A stretch of 44,257 bases of DNA, taken from Elusimicrobiota bacterium (GTDB lineage: Bacteria > Elusimicrobiota > Elusimicrobia > UBA1565 > UBA9628). Location: NCBI GenBank assembly GCA_041662295.1, contig JBAZSR010000003.1, forward strand, positions 13,470 through 57,726, read 5' to 3'. A program made the position numbers and the translations under genes. The notes beneath the pieces were generated by a model. The model was not told the origin of the DNA and did no database searches. It was given only the letters and a program-made list of their open reading frames with translations. This document shows positions 27,301-41,442 of the stretch, one piece after another (the first letter of the stretch is position 1; each line of letters starts with the position of its first letter).

Positions 27301-27576
27301 CTGACCGCCTGCCGCACGGGCGTGGGGCGCAGGCTCAGCGGCGAGGGCGTGCTCGGCATGGGGCGGGCCTTCCAGCATGCGGGCGCGGCCAATGTGCTGA
27401 TGAGCCTGTGGTCCGTGGAGGAGGGCGCCACCGTGGCCCTGACAGGCGCCTTCTTCAGGCACGTGAAAGACGGGAAGCCCTCCGGCGAGGCCCTGCGCCT
27501 TGCTCGCGCCGACATCCGGCGCCAGGGCTACGAGCATCCGTTCTATTGGTCGGCCTTCGTTCTGGTGAGCAGGTGA
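24346..27576 (+). CDS. Secreted TPR-repeat / CHAT-domain (caspase-fold) protein
   Basis: ATG 24346 after GGAGGA. Signal peptide MRTVVFALLWPLLCAAAPLAGAAS. Multiple TPR-like repeats. C-terminal CHAT with FGTHG (His) and LTACRTG (Cys) dyad and the terminal HPFYWSAFVL motif. Confidence 0.85.
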   Translation: MRTVVFALLWPLLCAAAPLAGAASPRDQVLGRLAEAEAVSKLPRADRERLAKERGASLAEVDLDLQRKSVRLCEEAAALARKTGDRGLLGRALEKLGLRTYWDATQPAKAAALAEEALDSYRVAKDTEGAQRVLMSLPKILMITRDFRKAVRYGEEAYASDAAAAKEGARTALHLDLGNAYLGQGDLPKAQEHFERLLADLRERGWWKGSIPDILKQLADIRLRSGDLRGAAGFLEQVRYDTDGKNEKARIQSRYNQGLVDSRLGELYLDLRDYRKALEYAEKFDKYTKPLKLARVYSRLGEYGKAVASVTEFDSWIRDQFKLFGEAKAKEMFDAKYLVENSLSLGQLFAELGDYQKAAAYHEEAVRFARGSQWAGEGMTKAYRGLGSIHYEAGAFDKAREFLGKALKAEGLLGLPTRETELRIADAMLAQGRLPAAEAAYRKFDDSLGLGRLLLEKRDFAAARAAFERALRSAEGTREARALFAANVGLGHAVAGLKDFPAAAASYRKALELSETQREGLGPAERALFFSAKVSGFGRTEPYEGLARCLAAQGDAAGAFYWSESLKGRLLAEAIAQAGKGSGFSLPAELAAQQESLESRIRGLRTEMEALFRGGQMELHGLRESELREAKGELDRFVSGLRKTHPEYAAIRYPAPLRPGEVKLSNREVLLAFEMTDDKSFLFVLEGASMTLRARELPLPGREVERLVLRYRDSFEGVASAADLLRFKAKEGQRLHEILFGDVLKSLPRDASVIIVPDETLGLLPFESLPVTLPEVEKAGDGEHGPFPIGISYVGDLFPVSYAQSAASLTFLRSLAKAVPAGSGALAVVDPVFSLADARAASAPKAENEPMRLMGVIRGWERMGAAGTRQRGAARPAGSAPEPAGEEVFPRLAKTAEIGAEFRRLFGGAATVLEGAEAAEDRVASFPFSDQRYVVFGTHGILDNDIPYIREPALVLAQAGNPAGKDGFLTMSEVMGLKIPAEVVALTACRTGVGRRLSGEGVLGMGRAFQHAGAANVLMSLWSVEEGATVALTGAFFRHVKDGKPSGEALRLARADIRRQGYEHPFYWSAFVLVSR

Positions 27577-27595
27577 CCATAAGGAGCGTTCCATC

Positions 27596-28177
27596 ATGAC
27601 CCGACTCTCCCCCGTCCCCATCCTGGTCCTGGGCTTGGCTGCGCTGGCGGGCTGCGGAAAGACCGAGCCCAAGGCAGGCCCCGCGGCCGCGCCGCCTTCC
27701 TCCTCGGCCGCTGGAGCGGCCCAGGCAGCCTCTTCGACGGGGCAGGCCGCTCCTCCTTTCGCCCCTGTCCAGCCGGAGGCCCAGGCCGGGAAGGTCCCTT
27801 CAGGAGGCGTGGAGGCGGGCCGCAAGGTCGCGGCCGCGGCTGAGCCCGCCATGAAGGAGATCATCGACATCGACGACCCCAAGGTGTCCGCCGGGGGCAA
27901 GCCCGCGATCGTGTACTATTATCTCAACCGGACCCCGCCGGACAGGTTCTTCATGGCTGACATGGAGAGCATCGCGGCCGAATACAGGGGCCGCGTCCTG
28001 TTCTTCAGGATCAATGTCACGGCAGCGGAGTCAGCAGGCAAGCGGCCCAAAGAGGTCTCCGCGGTCCCCATGCTCGCCCTCATCAGGGGCAAGGAACGCT
28101 CGTGGAAGAAGGGCGCTCCTGGAGACAACGCCAAGGGCGAGCTCCGGTTCCTCATCGAGGATTGGCTGTCTCAATGA
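27596..28177 (+). CDS. Lipoprotein with thioredoxin-like fold lacking the CxxC active site
   Basis: Lipobox LAGC, Ala/Pro/Ser linker, then a Trx-like pattern: AIVYYYLNRTPPDRFFMADMESIAAEYRGRVLFFRINV...VPMLALIRG (WCGPC position is NRTPPD). Confidence 0.65.
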   Translation: MTRLSPVPILVLGLAALAGCGKTEPKAGPAAAPPSSSAAGAAQAASSTGQAAPPFAPVQPEAQAGKVPSGGVEAGRKVAAAAEPAMKEIIDIDDPKVSAGGKPAIVYYYLNRTPPDRFFMADMESIAAEYRGRVLFFRINVTAAESAGKRPKEVSAVPMLALIRGKERSWKKGAPGDNAKGELRFLIEDWLSQ

Positions 28178-28250
28178 CCCTGAGTTCCCTTCAGCCTCGC
28201 GAATTGGGTATGCTTCAGTGAATTTTTCATCGGACTAGGGAGGAGCGTGA

Positions 28251-29450
28251 ATGGCGAATCGTGAAGCGGTGGCGGTGGCGGCGGTGCGTTCTCCGGTGGG
28301 ACGGCTCGGCGGGGCCCTGGCCATGGTGCGGCCGGACGACCTGGCGGCCGCGGTCATCTCCGCGCTCTTGAAAAAGGCGCCGGGACTGGACCCGGCTTCC
28401 GTCGCGGACGTCTACTTCGGCTGCGCCAACGGCGCTGGTGAGGACAACCGCAATGTGGCGCGCATGGCTCTGCTCCTGGCGGGTCTGCCCCAGTCCGTGC
28501 CCGGGTGCACGGTCAACCGGCTCTGCGCTTCGGGCCTTGAGGCTGTCAATGCCGCGGCCCGCGCCATCCTGGCCGGGGAAGGGGACGTCTATGTCGCGGG
28601 AGGGGTCGAGAGCATGAGCCGCGCGCCCTGGTCCCTGCCCAAGTCCGAGACGGCGTTTCCCTTCGGCAACCTCACGGCCTACGACACGGCCTTGGGCTGG
28701 CGGTATCCCAACCCGAAGCTGTCCAAGCTCTTCCCTCTGCTGAGCATGGGCGAGACTGCCGAGAACCTGGCGCAGAAGCATGGCATCCTCCGGGAGGAAC
28801 AGGACGCTTTCGCCCTGGAGAGCCACCAGAAGGCCGCGGCCAGCCGCGAGAAGTTCAGGGAGGAGATCGTGCCGATCCCGACGCCCTCCAAGGAGGGCGG
28901 GCATGAGGTGACGGCCGATGAGACCATCCGGGAGGACTCGACCCTGGAGCGCCTGGCCAAGCTCAAGCCTGCCTTCCGCAAGGACGGGGGCACGGTGACT
29001 GCCGGGAACAGCTCGACCTTGAACGACGGGGCGTCCGCGGTCCTCATGATGGAGGCCTCGGCCGCGCAGAAGGCGGGCTTGAAGCCCCTGGCCCGCTGGG
29101 CCGGGTCCGCGTCAGCCGGCGTGGACCCCAGCCAGATGGGTATCGGGCCGGTGCCGGCCGTGCAGAAGCTCCTCAAGAGGCTGGGAGTGGACCTCAAGGA
29201 CGTGGACCTGGTGGAGATCAACGAGGCGTTCGCGGCCCAGACCCTGGCCTGCGTCAGGGAACTGGGGCTCGACCGCGCCAAGCTCAACGTCAACGGCGGG
29301 GCCATCGCGCTGGGACACCCGCTCGGCTCGAGCGGCGCGCGCATCACGGTCACGCTCCTGCACGAGATGGGCAGGCGCGGGGCCAAGAAGGGCTTAGCCA
29401 GCCTCTGCGTTGGCGTGGGCCAGGGATTGGCCACCCTCTGGGCAGAATAA
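28251..29450 (+). CDS. Acetyl-CoA C-acyltransferase (thiolase II/I type, 399 aa)
   Basis: [52 protein letters not shown]. Confidence 0.9.
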   Translation: MANREAVAVAAVRSPVGRLGGALAMVRPDDLAAAVISALLKKAPGLDPASVADVYFGCANGAGEDNRNVARMALLLAGLPQSVPGCTVNRLCASGLEAVNAAARAILAGEGDVYVAGGVESMSRAPWSLPKSETAFPFGNLTAYDTALGWRYPNPKLSKLFPLLSMGETAENLAQKHGILREEQDAFALESHQKAAASREKFREEIVPIPTPSKEGGHEVTADETIREDSTLERLAKLKPAFRKDGGTVTAGNSSTLNDGASAVLMMEASAAQKAGLKPLARWAGSASAGVDPSQMGIGPVPAVQKLLKRLGVDLKDVDLVEINEAFAAQTLACVRELGLDRAKLNVNGGAIALGHPLGSSGARITVTLLHEMGRRGAKKGLASLCVGVGQGLATLWAE

Positions 29451-29453
29451 AAC

Positions 29454-29520
29454 GGGTGTCACACCTGAACTTTCGGAACTTATTCCAGGAATAAGTTCCG
29501 AAAGTTCAGGTGTGACACCC
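29454..29520. repeat. 67-nt perfect palindrome (33-nt arms), copy 2
   Basis: GGGTGTCACACCTGAACTTTCGGAACTTATTCC-a-GGAATAAGTTCCGAAAGTTCAGGTGTGACACCC. Fills the 73-nt gap between convergent stops 29450 and 29524. Confidence 0.95.
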
Positions 29521-29523
29521 TGA

Positions 29524-30474
29524 TTAATCGTGGCGGCGGTCGATCACGTAGGCGCTGCCCTCGCGCGCTTTGGCGTGCTTCTTGAGCTCGGCGCCGTACT
29601 GGGAGATCTGCGCGTAGGAGGTCAGCTTCTTGCCGCTGTTGTGGCAGATCCCGATGGCGATGGAGAGTAGGGGATACTCCTTGGTCATCCCGCGCCGGTC
29701 GGTCGAGACGATGCGGCGCTTCTCGCGGTCGGTCTCGTTGTAGAACGAGAGCGACATCGCGTCGAACTCCCGGATGATGCGCTGGGCCAGGGGCTCCATC
29801 TGTTCGGGCGTGGCGATGACGATGAAGTCGTCGCCGCCGATGTGTCCCACGAAGCATGGCGGCACGGCCTCGGTCGCGACCTTGATCAGCAGGCGGCTGG
29901 TGGCCTTGATGACATGGTCGCCGGAGTCGTAGCCGTAGGCGTCGTTATAGGCCTTGAACTGATTGATGTCCACGTAGAGGACGGCCAGGGGCCGCTCCGA
30001 GGCCACGGCTTCCTCGATGTGGCGCTCGATGGAGACGTTGCCCGGCAGGTGGGAAAGGGGGTTGGCGTCGAGGCCCTGCCGGGTGCGGCGGATGATCATC
30101 TTGACGCGGGCGAGGAGCTCGCTCATGTCCGTCAGGGGCTTGGAGATGAAGTCGTCGGCGCCTAGGTTCAGGCCCTCCACCTTGGTCGGGCCGCCGCTCT
30201 GGGCCGACAGGATGATGATGGGCAGGTGCTCGAGCAGGGGGTCCTTGCGGAGCGCGGTGCAGACCTCGAAGCCCGTCATGATGGGCATGTTGAGGTCGAG
30301 CACCGCGAGGTCGGGAGGGTTGGAGCGGATGGCGTCGAGGGCCTCCTTGCCGTTGCAGACGGCCTCCACCGAGAATCCCTGTTCGGCCAGGGCTGTCGCG
30401 AGCAGGGACAGGAGGTCCGGCTCGTCGTCGGCCACGACGATGCGCGTCTTCTGCTGGCCGGAGGCCTCTGTCAT
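29524..30474 (-). CDS. Response regulator (REC) - GGDEF diguanylate cyclase, motif variant GGDDF
   Basis: REC: RIVVADDEPDLL...LAVLDLNMP...ILSA...ISKP. GGDEF domain: LAVLYVDINQFKAYNDAYGYDSGDHVI...FVGHIGGDDFIVIA. No RxxD I-site five residues upstream of the motif. Confidence 0.88.
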   Translation of the reverse strand: MTEASGQQKTRIVVADDEPDLLSLLATALAEQGFSVEAVCNGKEALDAIRSNPPDLAVLDLNMPIMTGFEVCTALRKDPLLEHLPIIILSAQSGGPTKVEGLNLGADDFISKPLTDMSELLARVKMIIRRTRQGLDANPLSHLPGNVSIERHIEEAVASERPLAVLYVDINQFKAYNDAYGYDSGDHVIKATSRLLIKVATEAVPPCFVGHIGGDDFIVIATPEQMEPLAQRIIREFDAMSLSFYNETDREKRRIVSTDRRGMTKEYPLLSIAIGICHNSGKKLTSYAQISQYGAELKKHAKAREGSAYVIDRRHD

Positions 30475-30545
30475 GGAGGGTGAAGATACCTCATTGGGCG
30501 GGACATGTCCAGTATCCTTGCGGCCGGAGGAAGCGGTTTGCTAAG

Positions 30546-30818
30546 ATGGCGTGCTTCCGCAAAATGGCGTTTTTTGCCTTTGCGGAACAAGCGCTTTTGG
30601 ACAAGCCTCCGGATCGCGTCAAGCCGCCCGCGCGGCCTTTCGGCCGCATGCACGGGCTGCACTACGGGCTGCAGTTCGGCCTCACGGCCATCGTGGGGCT
30701 GGCCGTCGGACACTGGCTCGACGGCAGGGTTCTGCCCGCGCCCGTGGGCACGCTGGGCGGGCTGTTCGGAGGAGCGGTGGTCGGCATGGTCGTTCTCGTG
30801 AGGGAACTGAAGAAATGA
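30546..30818 (+). CDS. AtpZ/AtpR-like small membrane protein (ATPase_gene1 family)
   Basis: Two TM helices: GLHYGLQFGLTAIVGLAVGHWLD ... LGGLFGGAVVGMVVLV. First gene of the atp operon. Start uncertain (30480/30546/30564). Confidence 0.55.
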   Translation: MACFRKMAFFAFAEQALLDKPPDRVKPPARPFGRMHGLHYGLQFGLTAIVGLAVGHWLDGRVLPAPVGTLGGLFGGAVVGMVVLVRELKK

Positions 30819-31111
30819 GGGCCTTGATGCTCGCGTCCGCGGTGGCGGCCGCCAATGTCCTGCTCGGCCGCTGGCTGGGGCTGGGAGCGTTCGTCAAGCC
30901 CAGCCTCGCCGAAGGCGCTGCCCAGGGCTTGGGCTTCCTCGTCCGGGCCGGGGTCCTCTTCGGCACGGCGCATCTACTCTGGCTCGCCGGCCGCGACCCC
31001 CGCGAGGTCGCGGGCTACATCCTTGTGGCAGGGATCCTGCAACTCGTCGGCCAGCTCTGGCTCGGAGAAGCTCCCCTGCGCCGGCGCTCCGGACGGGAGA
31101 CGGCGGCATGA
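30815..31111 (+). CDS. atpI: ATP synthase protein I-like small membrane protein
   Basis: ATGA overlaps at both ends. 98 aa, hydrophobic, in the canonical position before atpB. Confidence 0.5.
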   Translation: MRALMLASAVAAANVLLGRWLGLGAFVKPSLAEGAAQGLGFLVRAGVLFGTAHLLWLAGRDPREVAGYILVAGILQLVGQLWLGEAPLRRRSGRETAA

Positions 31112-31878
31112 CTGAGGGGGGGCACGGCGGGGCCCTGGACTTCTCCGAGATCCTGGCCCATCACCTGACGGACCACCGGATCTTCTCCATCAGCGACCGC
31201 TTCGGGTTCACCAAGCACGCGATGATGATCCTCGTCGCGGCCGTCCTGGCGGCCGCGGTGGTCATCGCCGCGGCCCGCGCCACGGGCCGCCTGCGGACCG
31301 CGGTGGAGGCCCTCATCCTCTTCATCCGCAAGGACATCGTGGCGCCCGCCATGGGCGACGACGCGGACCGCTACCTTCCCTACCTGCTGACGCTCTTCGT
31401 CTTCATCCTGATGATGAACCTGCTGGGCCTCATCCCGGGCGGCTCCTCTCCGACGGGCAACCTCTCCGTGACCGCGACTCTGAGCCTGACCACCTTCATC
31501 CTCATCCACGCCGCCGGGATGTTCCGGCACGGCCCCGTCAAGCACCTTAAGAACTTCGTTCCGCACGGGGTGCCCTGGGCGGTGTGGCCCCTGGTCTGGT
31601 GCATCGAGGCCATGGGTTTCCTGACCAAGGGCATCGCGCTCTGCATCCGTCTCTTCGCGAACATGACCGCCGGGCACATGGTCATCCTGCTCTTCCTGGG
31701 CCTCATCCTGCTCGCCGGGCAGACGCACCTGGCCGCGGGCGCGCTGGTGGCCCCCGTCACCGTGGCTCTGGCCGTGGGTCTCTACGCGCTCGAGCTCATT
31801 GTCGCTTTGATTCAGGCGTACGTCTTCACGATGTTGACCGCCATCTTCGTGGGCGGGGCTTTGCATCCGGAACATTGA
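31108..31878 (+). CDS. atpB: F0 ATP synthase subunit a
   Basis: LCIRLFANMTAGHMVILL (essential Arg), MMNLLGLIPGG. Confidence 0.92.
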   Translation: MTEGGHGGALDFSEILAHHLTDHRIFSISDRFGFTKHAMMILVAAVLAAAVVIAAARATGRLRTAVEALILFIRKDIVAPAMGDDADRYLPYLLTLFVFILMMNLLGLIPGGSSPTGNLSVTATLSLTTFILIHAAGMFRHGPVKHLKNFVPHGVPWAVWPLVWCIEAMGFLTKGIALCIRLFANMTAGHMVILLFLGLILLAGQTHLAAGALVAPVTVALAVGLYALELIVALIQAYVFTMLTAIFVGGALHPEH

Positions 31879-31891
31879 GAGAGGAGGAATC

Positions 31892-32152
31892 ATGGGAGAA
31901 CATCTGTATCTGGGACTCGGGTACATCGGGGCGGGCCTTGGCGCGGGCCTGTCCGTGATCGGAGCATCCCTGGGGATCGGCAAGGTGGTTGCCGCGGCCG
32001 TGGAGGGCATCGCCCGCCAGCCCGAGGCGGACGAGAAGATCAGGAACAACATGCAGCTCTTCATCTTCCTGATCGAGGGACTCGGCATCATCGGCCTGGG
32101 CGCGGCGTACGTCATCGCCCTCAACCTCGGCCTGAAGGTCCTGCCCCACTGA
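31892..32152 (+). CDS. atpE: F0 ATP synthase subunit c
   Basis: GIARQPE loop and FLIEGLG carboxylate helix. AGGAGGAA SD. Confidence 0.92.
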   Translation: MGEHLYLGLGYIGAGLGAGLSVIGASLGIGKVVAAAVEGIARQPEADEKIRNNMQLFIFLIEGLGIIGLGAAYVIALNLGLKVLPH

Positions 32153-32157
32153 CCTAG

Positions 32158-32658
32158 ATGGACAAGCTGTTCAGCGTCGATTTCGGGCTGATGGCCTGGA
32201 CGGTGACCACCTTCCTGCTGCTGGTGGCCATCCTTGGGAAATACGGCTGGGGGCCGCTCATCGCGGCGCTCGATGAGCGCGACGCGCGGGTGAAGGCCGA
32301 CGCCGACGCCGCCCGGGAGGCCCGGGAGGCGGCGGAGAGGGTCAAGGCCGAGTTCGACGCGCAGCTTTCGCGCGCGGGCGCCCAGGGCCGGGAGCTCCTG
32401 GCACAGGCGGCCAAGGACGCCGAGGCCGCGGCCGCCAGGATCCGGGCCGAGGCCCAGGCCCAGGCGCAGAAGGCCAAGGAGGCGGCCCTGACGGAGCTGG
32501 CCGAGGAGAAGAGGCGGCTCATTGGCGAGCTCCGCGGCGAGGTGGCCGAGCTCTCGGTGCTGGCGGCGGAGAAGCTGCTGCGCCGCTCGGTCGATCCCGG
32601 GGTGGAGAAGGCGGTTCTGGACTCCTTCCTTGCGGACATGGACAAGAGGAAGTCCTGA
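32158..32658 (+). CDS. atpF: F0 ATP synthase subunit b
   Basis: N-terminal TM, then a long Ala/Glu/Arg-rich helix; operon position. Confidence 0.85.
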   Translation: MDKLFSVDFGLMAWTVTTFLLLVAILGKYGWGPLIAALDERDARVKADADAAREAREAAERVKAEFDAQLSRAGAQGRELLAQAAKDAEAAAARIRAEAQAQAQKAKEAALTELAEEKRRLIGELRGEVAELSVLAAEKLLRRSVDPGVEKAVLDSFLADMDKRKS

Positions 32659-33194
32659 TGCGCTCCTCCGACCAGATCCTGGCTTCCCGGTACGCGCGGG
32701 CGCTCTTCGAGGCGGCATCCGCCTCGAAGACGGCCGACGCCGTCATGGGAGAGCTTGAGCTGGCGCGGGAGGTGGCGGAGCATCCGGACGGAGCCGCGGC
32801 GTTCAGGACGCCGAGGCTCGGGACGGCGCAGAAGAAGAAGCTCTTTCGGGACATCCTCGGGGGGCGGGCCTTGGCCCTGACCCTGCGCTTCACGGACCTG
32901 CTCCTGGAAAGGAAGCGGCTCGACCTCATCGGGTCCGCCGCGAAGGCGTACGCGGCGCTCCTATCCCGAGGGCGCGGGGTCGCCCGCGCCGCGATGGCTG
33001 CCGCGCGCCGGCCGTCCGAGGAGGACCTGGCGTGTGTCCGTAGGCGCTTGGAGGCGTTTGTCGGGCTCAAGGTGGAGCTGGCGGTGCGCGAGGACCCTGC
33101 CCTGCTCGCCGGGGCCGTCGTGCGGCTGGGCGACTGGGTGCTGGACTCGAGCCTTCGAGGCGAGCTTGATAGGCTGAAGAGGAGAATTTCATAG
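32658..33194 (+). CDS. atpH: F1 ATP synthase subunit delta (OSCP)
   Basis: ASRYARALFEAA start, GGAVVRLGDWVLDSSLRGELDRL end; operon position. Confidence 0.85.
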   Translation: MRSSDQILASRYARALFEAASASKTADAVMGELELAREVAEHPDGAAAFRTPRLGTAQKKKLFRDILGGRALALTLRFTDLLLERKRLDLIGSAAKAYAALLSRGRGVARAAMAAARRPSEEDLACVRRRLEAFVGLKVELAVREDPALLAGAVVRLGDWVLDSSLRGELDRLKRRIS

Positions 33195-34729
<1,535 letters not shown>

Positions 34730-34733
<4 letters not shown>

Positions 34734-35158
34734 TGCGGGTCTTGGCCGTCGCTCTGGTCCTGGCCGCGGCGCCGGCGGTCCGGGCGCAGGATCCTTCCGG
34801 CGGCGGGGTGCTCAACCTCAGCTGCATGGAGGCCCTCAAGGCCGTGGACGTGGTCTGGCTCACCGGCGTCTTCTCGTTCGTGCCCGAGTCCGACAGCGCG
34901 CTCGCCTTCGCGGACATGATGGCGCGGCACAAGGCCATGCGGCGCAAGTACGTGGCCAAGCTCATGAAGGACCATGCCCAGGCCGACGGCATCGCGACCT
35001 GGGACCACGCAGTGGTCCTGCACATCCTGGGCATCCACGCCTCTCCTCTGGCCGCGATGCTCGAAAAGCTCGACCCCACGACCCGGGACCGCCTCAACAC
35101 GCTGGGCCTGGCGCCGACCCTGACCCTGGCCGAGTTGAACGCACGGAGGAAGCGATGA
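34730..35158 (+). CDS. Hypothetical secreted protein (142 aa) embedded in the atp operon
   Basis: Tail of listed ORF 33410..35158 from ATG 34730 (ATGA overlap with the atpA stop). Signal peptide [19 protein letters not shown]|Q. Stop overlaps the next start (ATGA). Confidence 0.6.
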
Positions 35159-36078
35159 GGATCCTGGTCACCGGAGCGGCGGGCTTCATCGGGTCGAACA
35201 TCGCGGCGGCGCTGGCCAAGGCGGGCCATGCCGTGGTGGGACTCGACGACTTCTCCGTCGGGAATTTCGAGAATCTGGCGGGGTTTTCCGGCGACATGGT
35301 CGCCGCGGACGTCAGCCGGCCCGAGGACTGGGGCCGCCGCGCGGGCCCGGTGGAGGCCGTCTTCCACGAGGCCGCGATCACGGACACGACCGTGTCCGAC
35401 CAGATGAGGATGATGCGGGTCAACGTCGAGGCCTTCCGCGATCTTCTCGAGTGGGCCGCACAGAGCCGGGTCAAGACCGTGGTCTACGCCACGAGCGCCG
35501 CGACCTACGGCGACGGCCCGACCCCCATGAGGGAGGATGCCCAGCCCAAGCCCCTCAACATATACGCCTATTCGAAGGTCGTCATGGAGGCCGTGGCCGC
35601 GGGGGCTCAGAAGAGGCACCCGGAAATGCGGATCGTCGGCCTGCGCTACTTCAACGTTTACGGGCCGCGGGAGCGGTTCAAGGGCGCCGCGGCGAGCATG
35701 ACCTGGCAGTTGGCCCAGCAGATGCTCGCGGGCAAGAACCCCCGCGTCTTCGAATCCGGCGAGCAGAGCCGCGACTTCATCTACGTCAAGGACGTGGTGG
35801 CCGCCAACCTCAAGGCGCTCGAGTCCGCGCCCAGCGGGGTCTACAACGCGTGCACAGGCCGCAGGACCACGTTCAACGAGATCATCGCCGCGCTCAATTC
35901 CGTCCTCGGGACGGCATTGAAGACGGAGTATTTCAAGAACCCCTACTCGTTCTATCAGAACGAGACCCTGGGCGACCCCTCCGCCGCCGAAAAAGCCTTC
36001 GGCTTCAAGGCGGCGTTCTCGTCGAGCGCCGGGATCGGGGACTACATGAAGGAGGTCGGGCTCGCGAAGCGGGCGTGA
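35155..36078 (+). CDS. hldD: NAD(P)-dependent SDR epimerase, ADP-L-glycero-D-manno-heptose 6-epimerase (HldD/RfaD)-like
   Basis: TGAAGFIGSN, FHEAAITDTT, TSAATYG, NIYAYSK, GLRYFNVYGPRERFKGAAASM, RDFIYVKDV. This string of motifs follows E. coli HldD closely. Confidence 0.65.
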   Translation: MRILVTGAAGFIGSNIAAALAKAGHAVVGLDDFSVGNFENLAGFSGDMVAADVSRPEDWGRRAGPVEAVFHEAAITDTTVSDQMRMMRVNVEAFRDLLEWAAQSRVKTVVYATSAATYGDGPTPMREDAQPKPLNIYAYSKVVMEAVAAGAQKRHPEMRIVGLRYFNVYGPRERFKGAAASMTWQLAQQMLAGKNPRVFESGEQSRDFIYVKDVVAANLKALESAPSGVYNACTGRRTTFNEIIAALNSVLGTALKTEYFKNPYSFYQNETLGDPSAAEKAFGFKAAFSSSAGIGDYMKEVGLAKRA

Positions 36079-36082
36079 TCCC

Positions 36083-38789
<2,707 letters not shown>

Positions 38790-38798
38790 CCGCGGACC

Positions 38799-39242
38799 AT
38801 GAAGAAGCTACGTCTCGAGATGGTCTCGCCGGAACACCCCGTGCTCTCCTGCGAGGCGGAGTTCGTGGTTCTGCCCGGCCTCGAGGGCGAGATGGGAGTG
38901 CTTCCGGGGCACGCTCCTTTCCTCGTGCAATTGACGACCGGCGGGGTCCGCGCGACCATCAACGGCGACGTCGTGTTCTTCGCCGTGTCCGGCGGCTTCG
39001 CCGAGGTCGAGCCGGACCGCGTCTCCCTGTTCGTCGAGACAGCGGAGATGGCCGACGCCATCGACACTGAGCGCGCCCGGCAGGCCTTGGAGCGTGCCCG
39101 GGCCGCGGCGCATTCCCGGCAGCAAGGGGGCGATCTCCTGACGCTCGCCGAAGCCGAGTCCGCCATGAGGCGCGCCCAAGTGCGGCTCCAGGTCGCCGGC
39201 CTGCGCCGTCCCGGCGGCCAGCGCGGCCGCAAGGAAGTCTGA
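38799..39242 (+). CDS. atpC: F1 ATP synthase subunit epsilon
   Basis: LEMVSPEHPVLSCEAEFVVLPGLEGEMGVLPGHAP...; C-terminal helical hairpin with an extended basic tail. Confidence 0.9.
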   Translation: MKKLRLEMVSPEHPVLSCEAEFVVLPGLEGEMGVLPGHAPFLVQLTTGGVRATINGDVVFFAVSGGFAEVEPDRVSLFVETAEMADAIDTERARQALERARAAAHSRQQGGDLLTLAEAESAMRRAQVRLQVAGLRRPGGQRGRKEV

Positions 39243-39259
39243 CGGCCGCGGATCGTTTT

Positions 39260-39425
39260 CCTCGACGAGAGGACGGGGCGGGAGCCTCTGGAGACGCGCG
39301 CATCTCGACGAGAATCGAGGCTGATGCCGCGCGAGCGCGAAAAACCACGAGCCGGGATTCTGTCGGCAAATCGCTGTTTTCGCGCGCGGTGTCCGCGCGG
39401 AGAAATACGCGATTTCTCGACGAGA
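39260..39425. promoter_or_regulatory. Three copies of the palindromic word (T/C)CTCGACGAGA upstream of the rRNA promoter
   Basis: Copies at 39260-39270, 39303-39313 and 39415-39425. The last ends 13 nt before the -35 hexamer. Confidence 0.35.
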
Positions 39426-39438
39426 AAAAATTATTTGC

Positions 39439-39467
39439 TTGACAAAAAAACAGGGTTGTGATATGAT
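39439..39467 (+). promoter_or_regulatory. rRNA operon sigma70 promoter with A/T-rich UP-like element
   Basis: TTGACA (39439-44) - 17 nt - TATGAT (39462-67), with TG at -15/-14. Preceded by AAAAAATTATTT; the only strongly AT-rich stretch nearby. Confidence 0.7.
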
Positions 39468-39550
39468 GTACTGGTCAGGCTGAAAAGCCTGCGGAAACAA
39501 CAAGTTGTCCGCTTACTTCCGGCGGATGCGGGAAGTGAGAGGGGAACTTT

Positions 39551-39563
39551 CGTTCTTTGACAA
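39551..39563 (+). promoter_or_regulatory. boxA-like antitermination element in the 16S leader
   Basis: CGTTCTTTGACAA versus the boxA consensus TGCTCTTTAACAA. Confidence 0.55.
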
Positions 39564-39748
39564 GCGTTGCGTGCGAACGGGCATCCTGCCCAAGTGAATC
39601 GGACCGCGCAAGCGGAAAGAGGATCTCGGAGAGGGTGCTTAAGGACATCGGTGTGATGTCGAAGTAAAGTTCGAGTAGAATCAATTCATCCATTTGGGAG
39701 CAAATCGGAAGTACCTGCTTCCTTAGGCAGGGAAAACGACCAAACCCT

Positions 39749-41277
<1,529 letters not shown>

Positions 41278-41442
41278 AACACTTCCTTAGTCTCACGACT
41301 AGGGGAGCCTGTCGACCCCGCTTAGCGGGATGCCTGTTGGCACGCAAATGCTACGGAAGAGTCAAGGCTCTTCCAATCATCGTCCGCTCCTCATTATATG
41401 AGGAAGGTCCCTTTTCCGCCCTGCAGTCCTGGGCGAGACCTA

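Noticed and set aside
39383-39399. Hairpin CGCGCGG-TGT-CCGCGCG considered as the atp operon terminator
   Set aside because: No U-tract follows on the plus strand (the T-run precedes it). Kept only as an unassigned GC hairpin.
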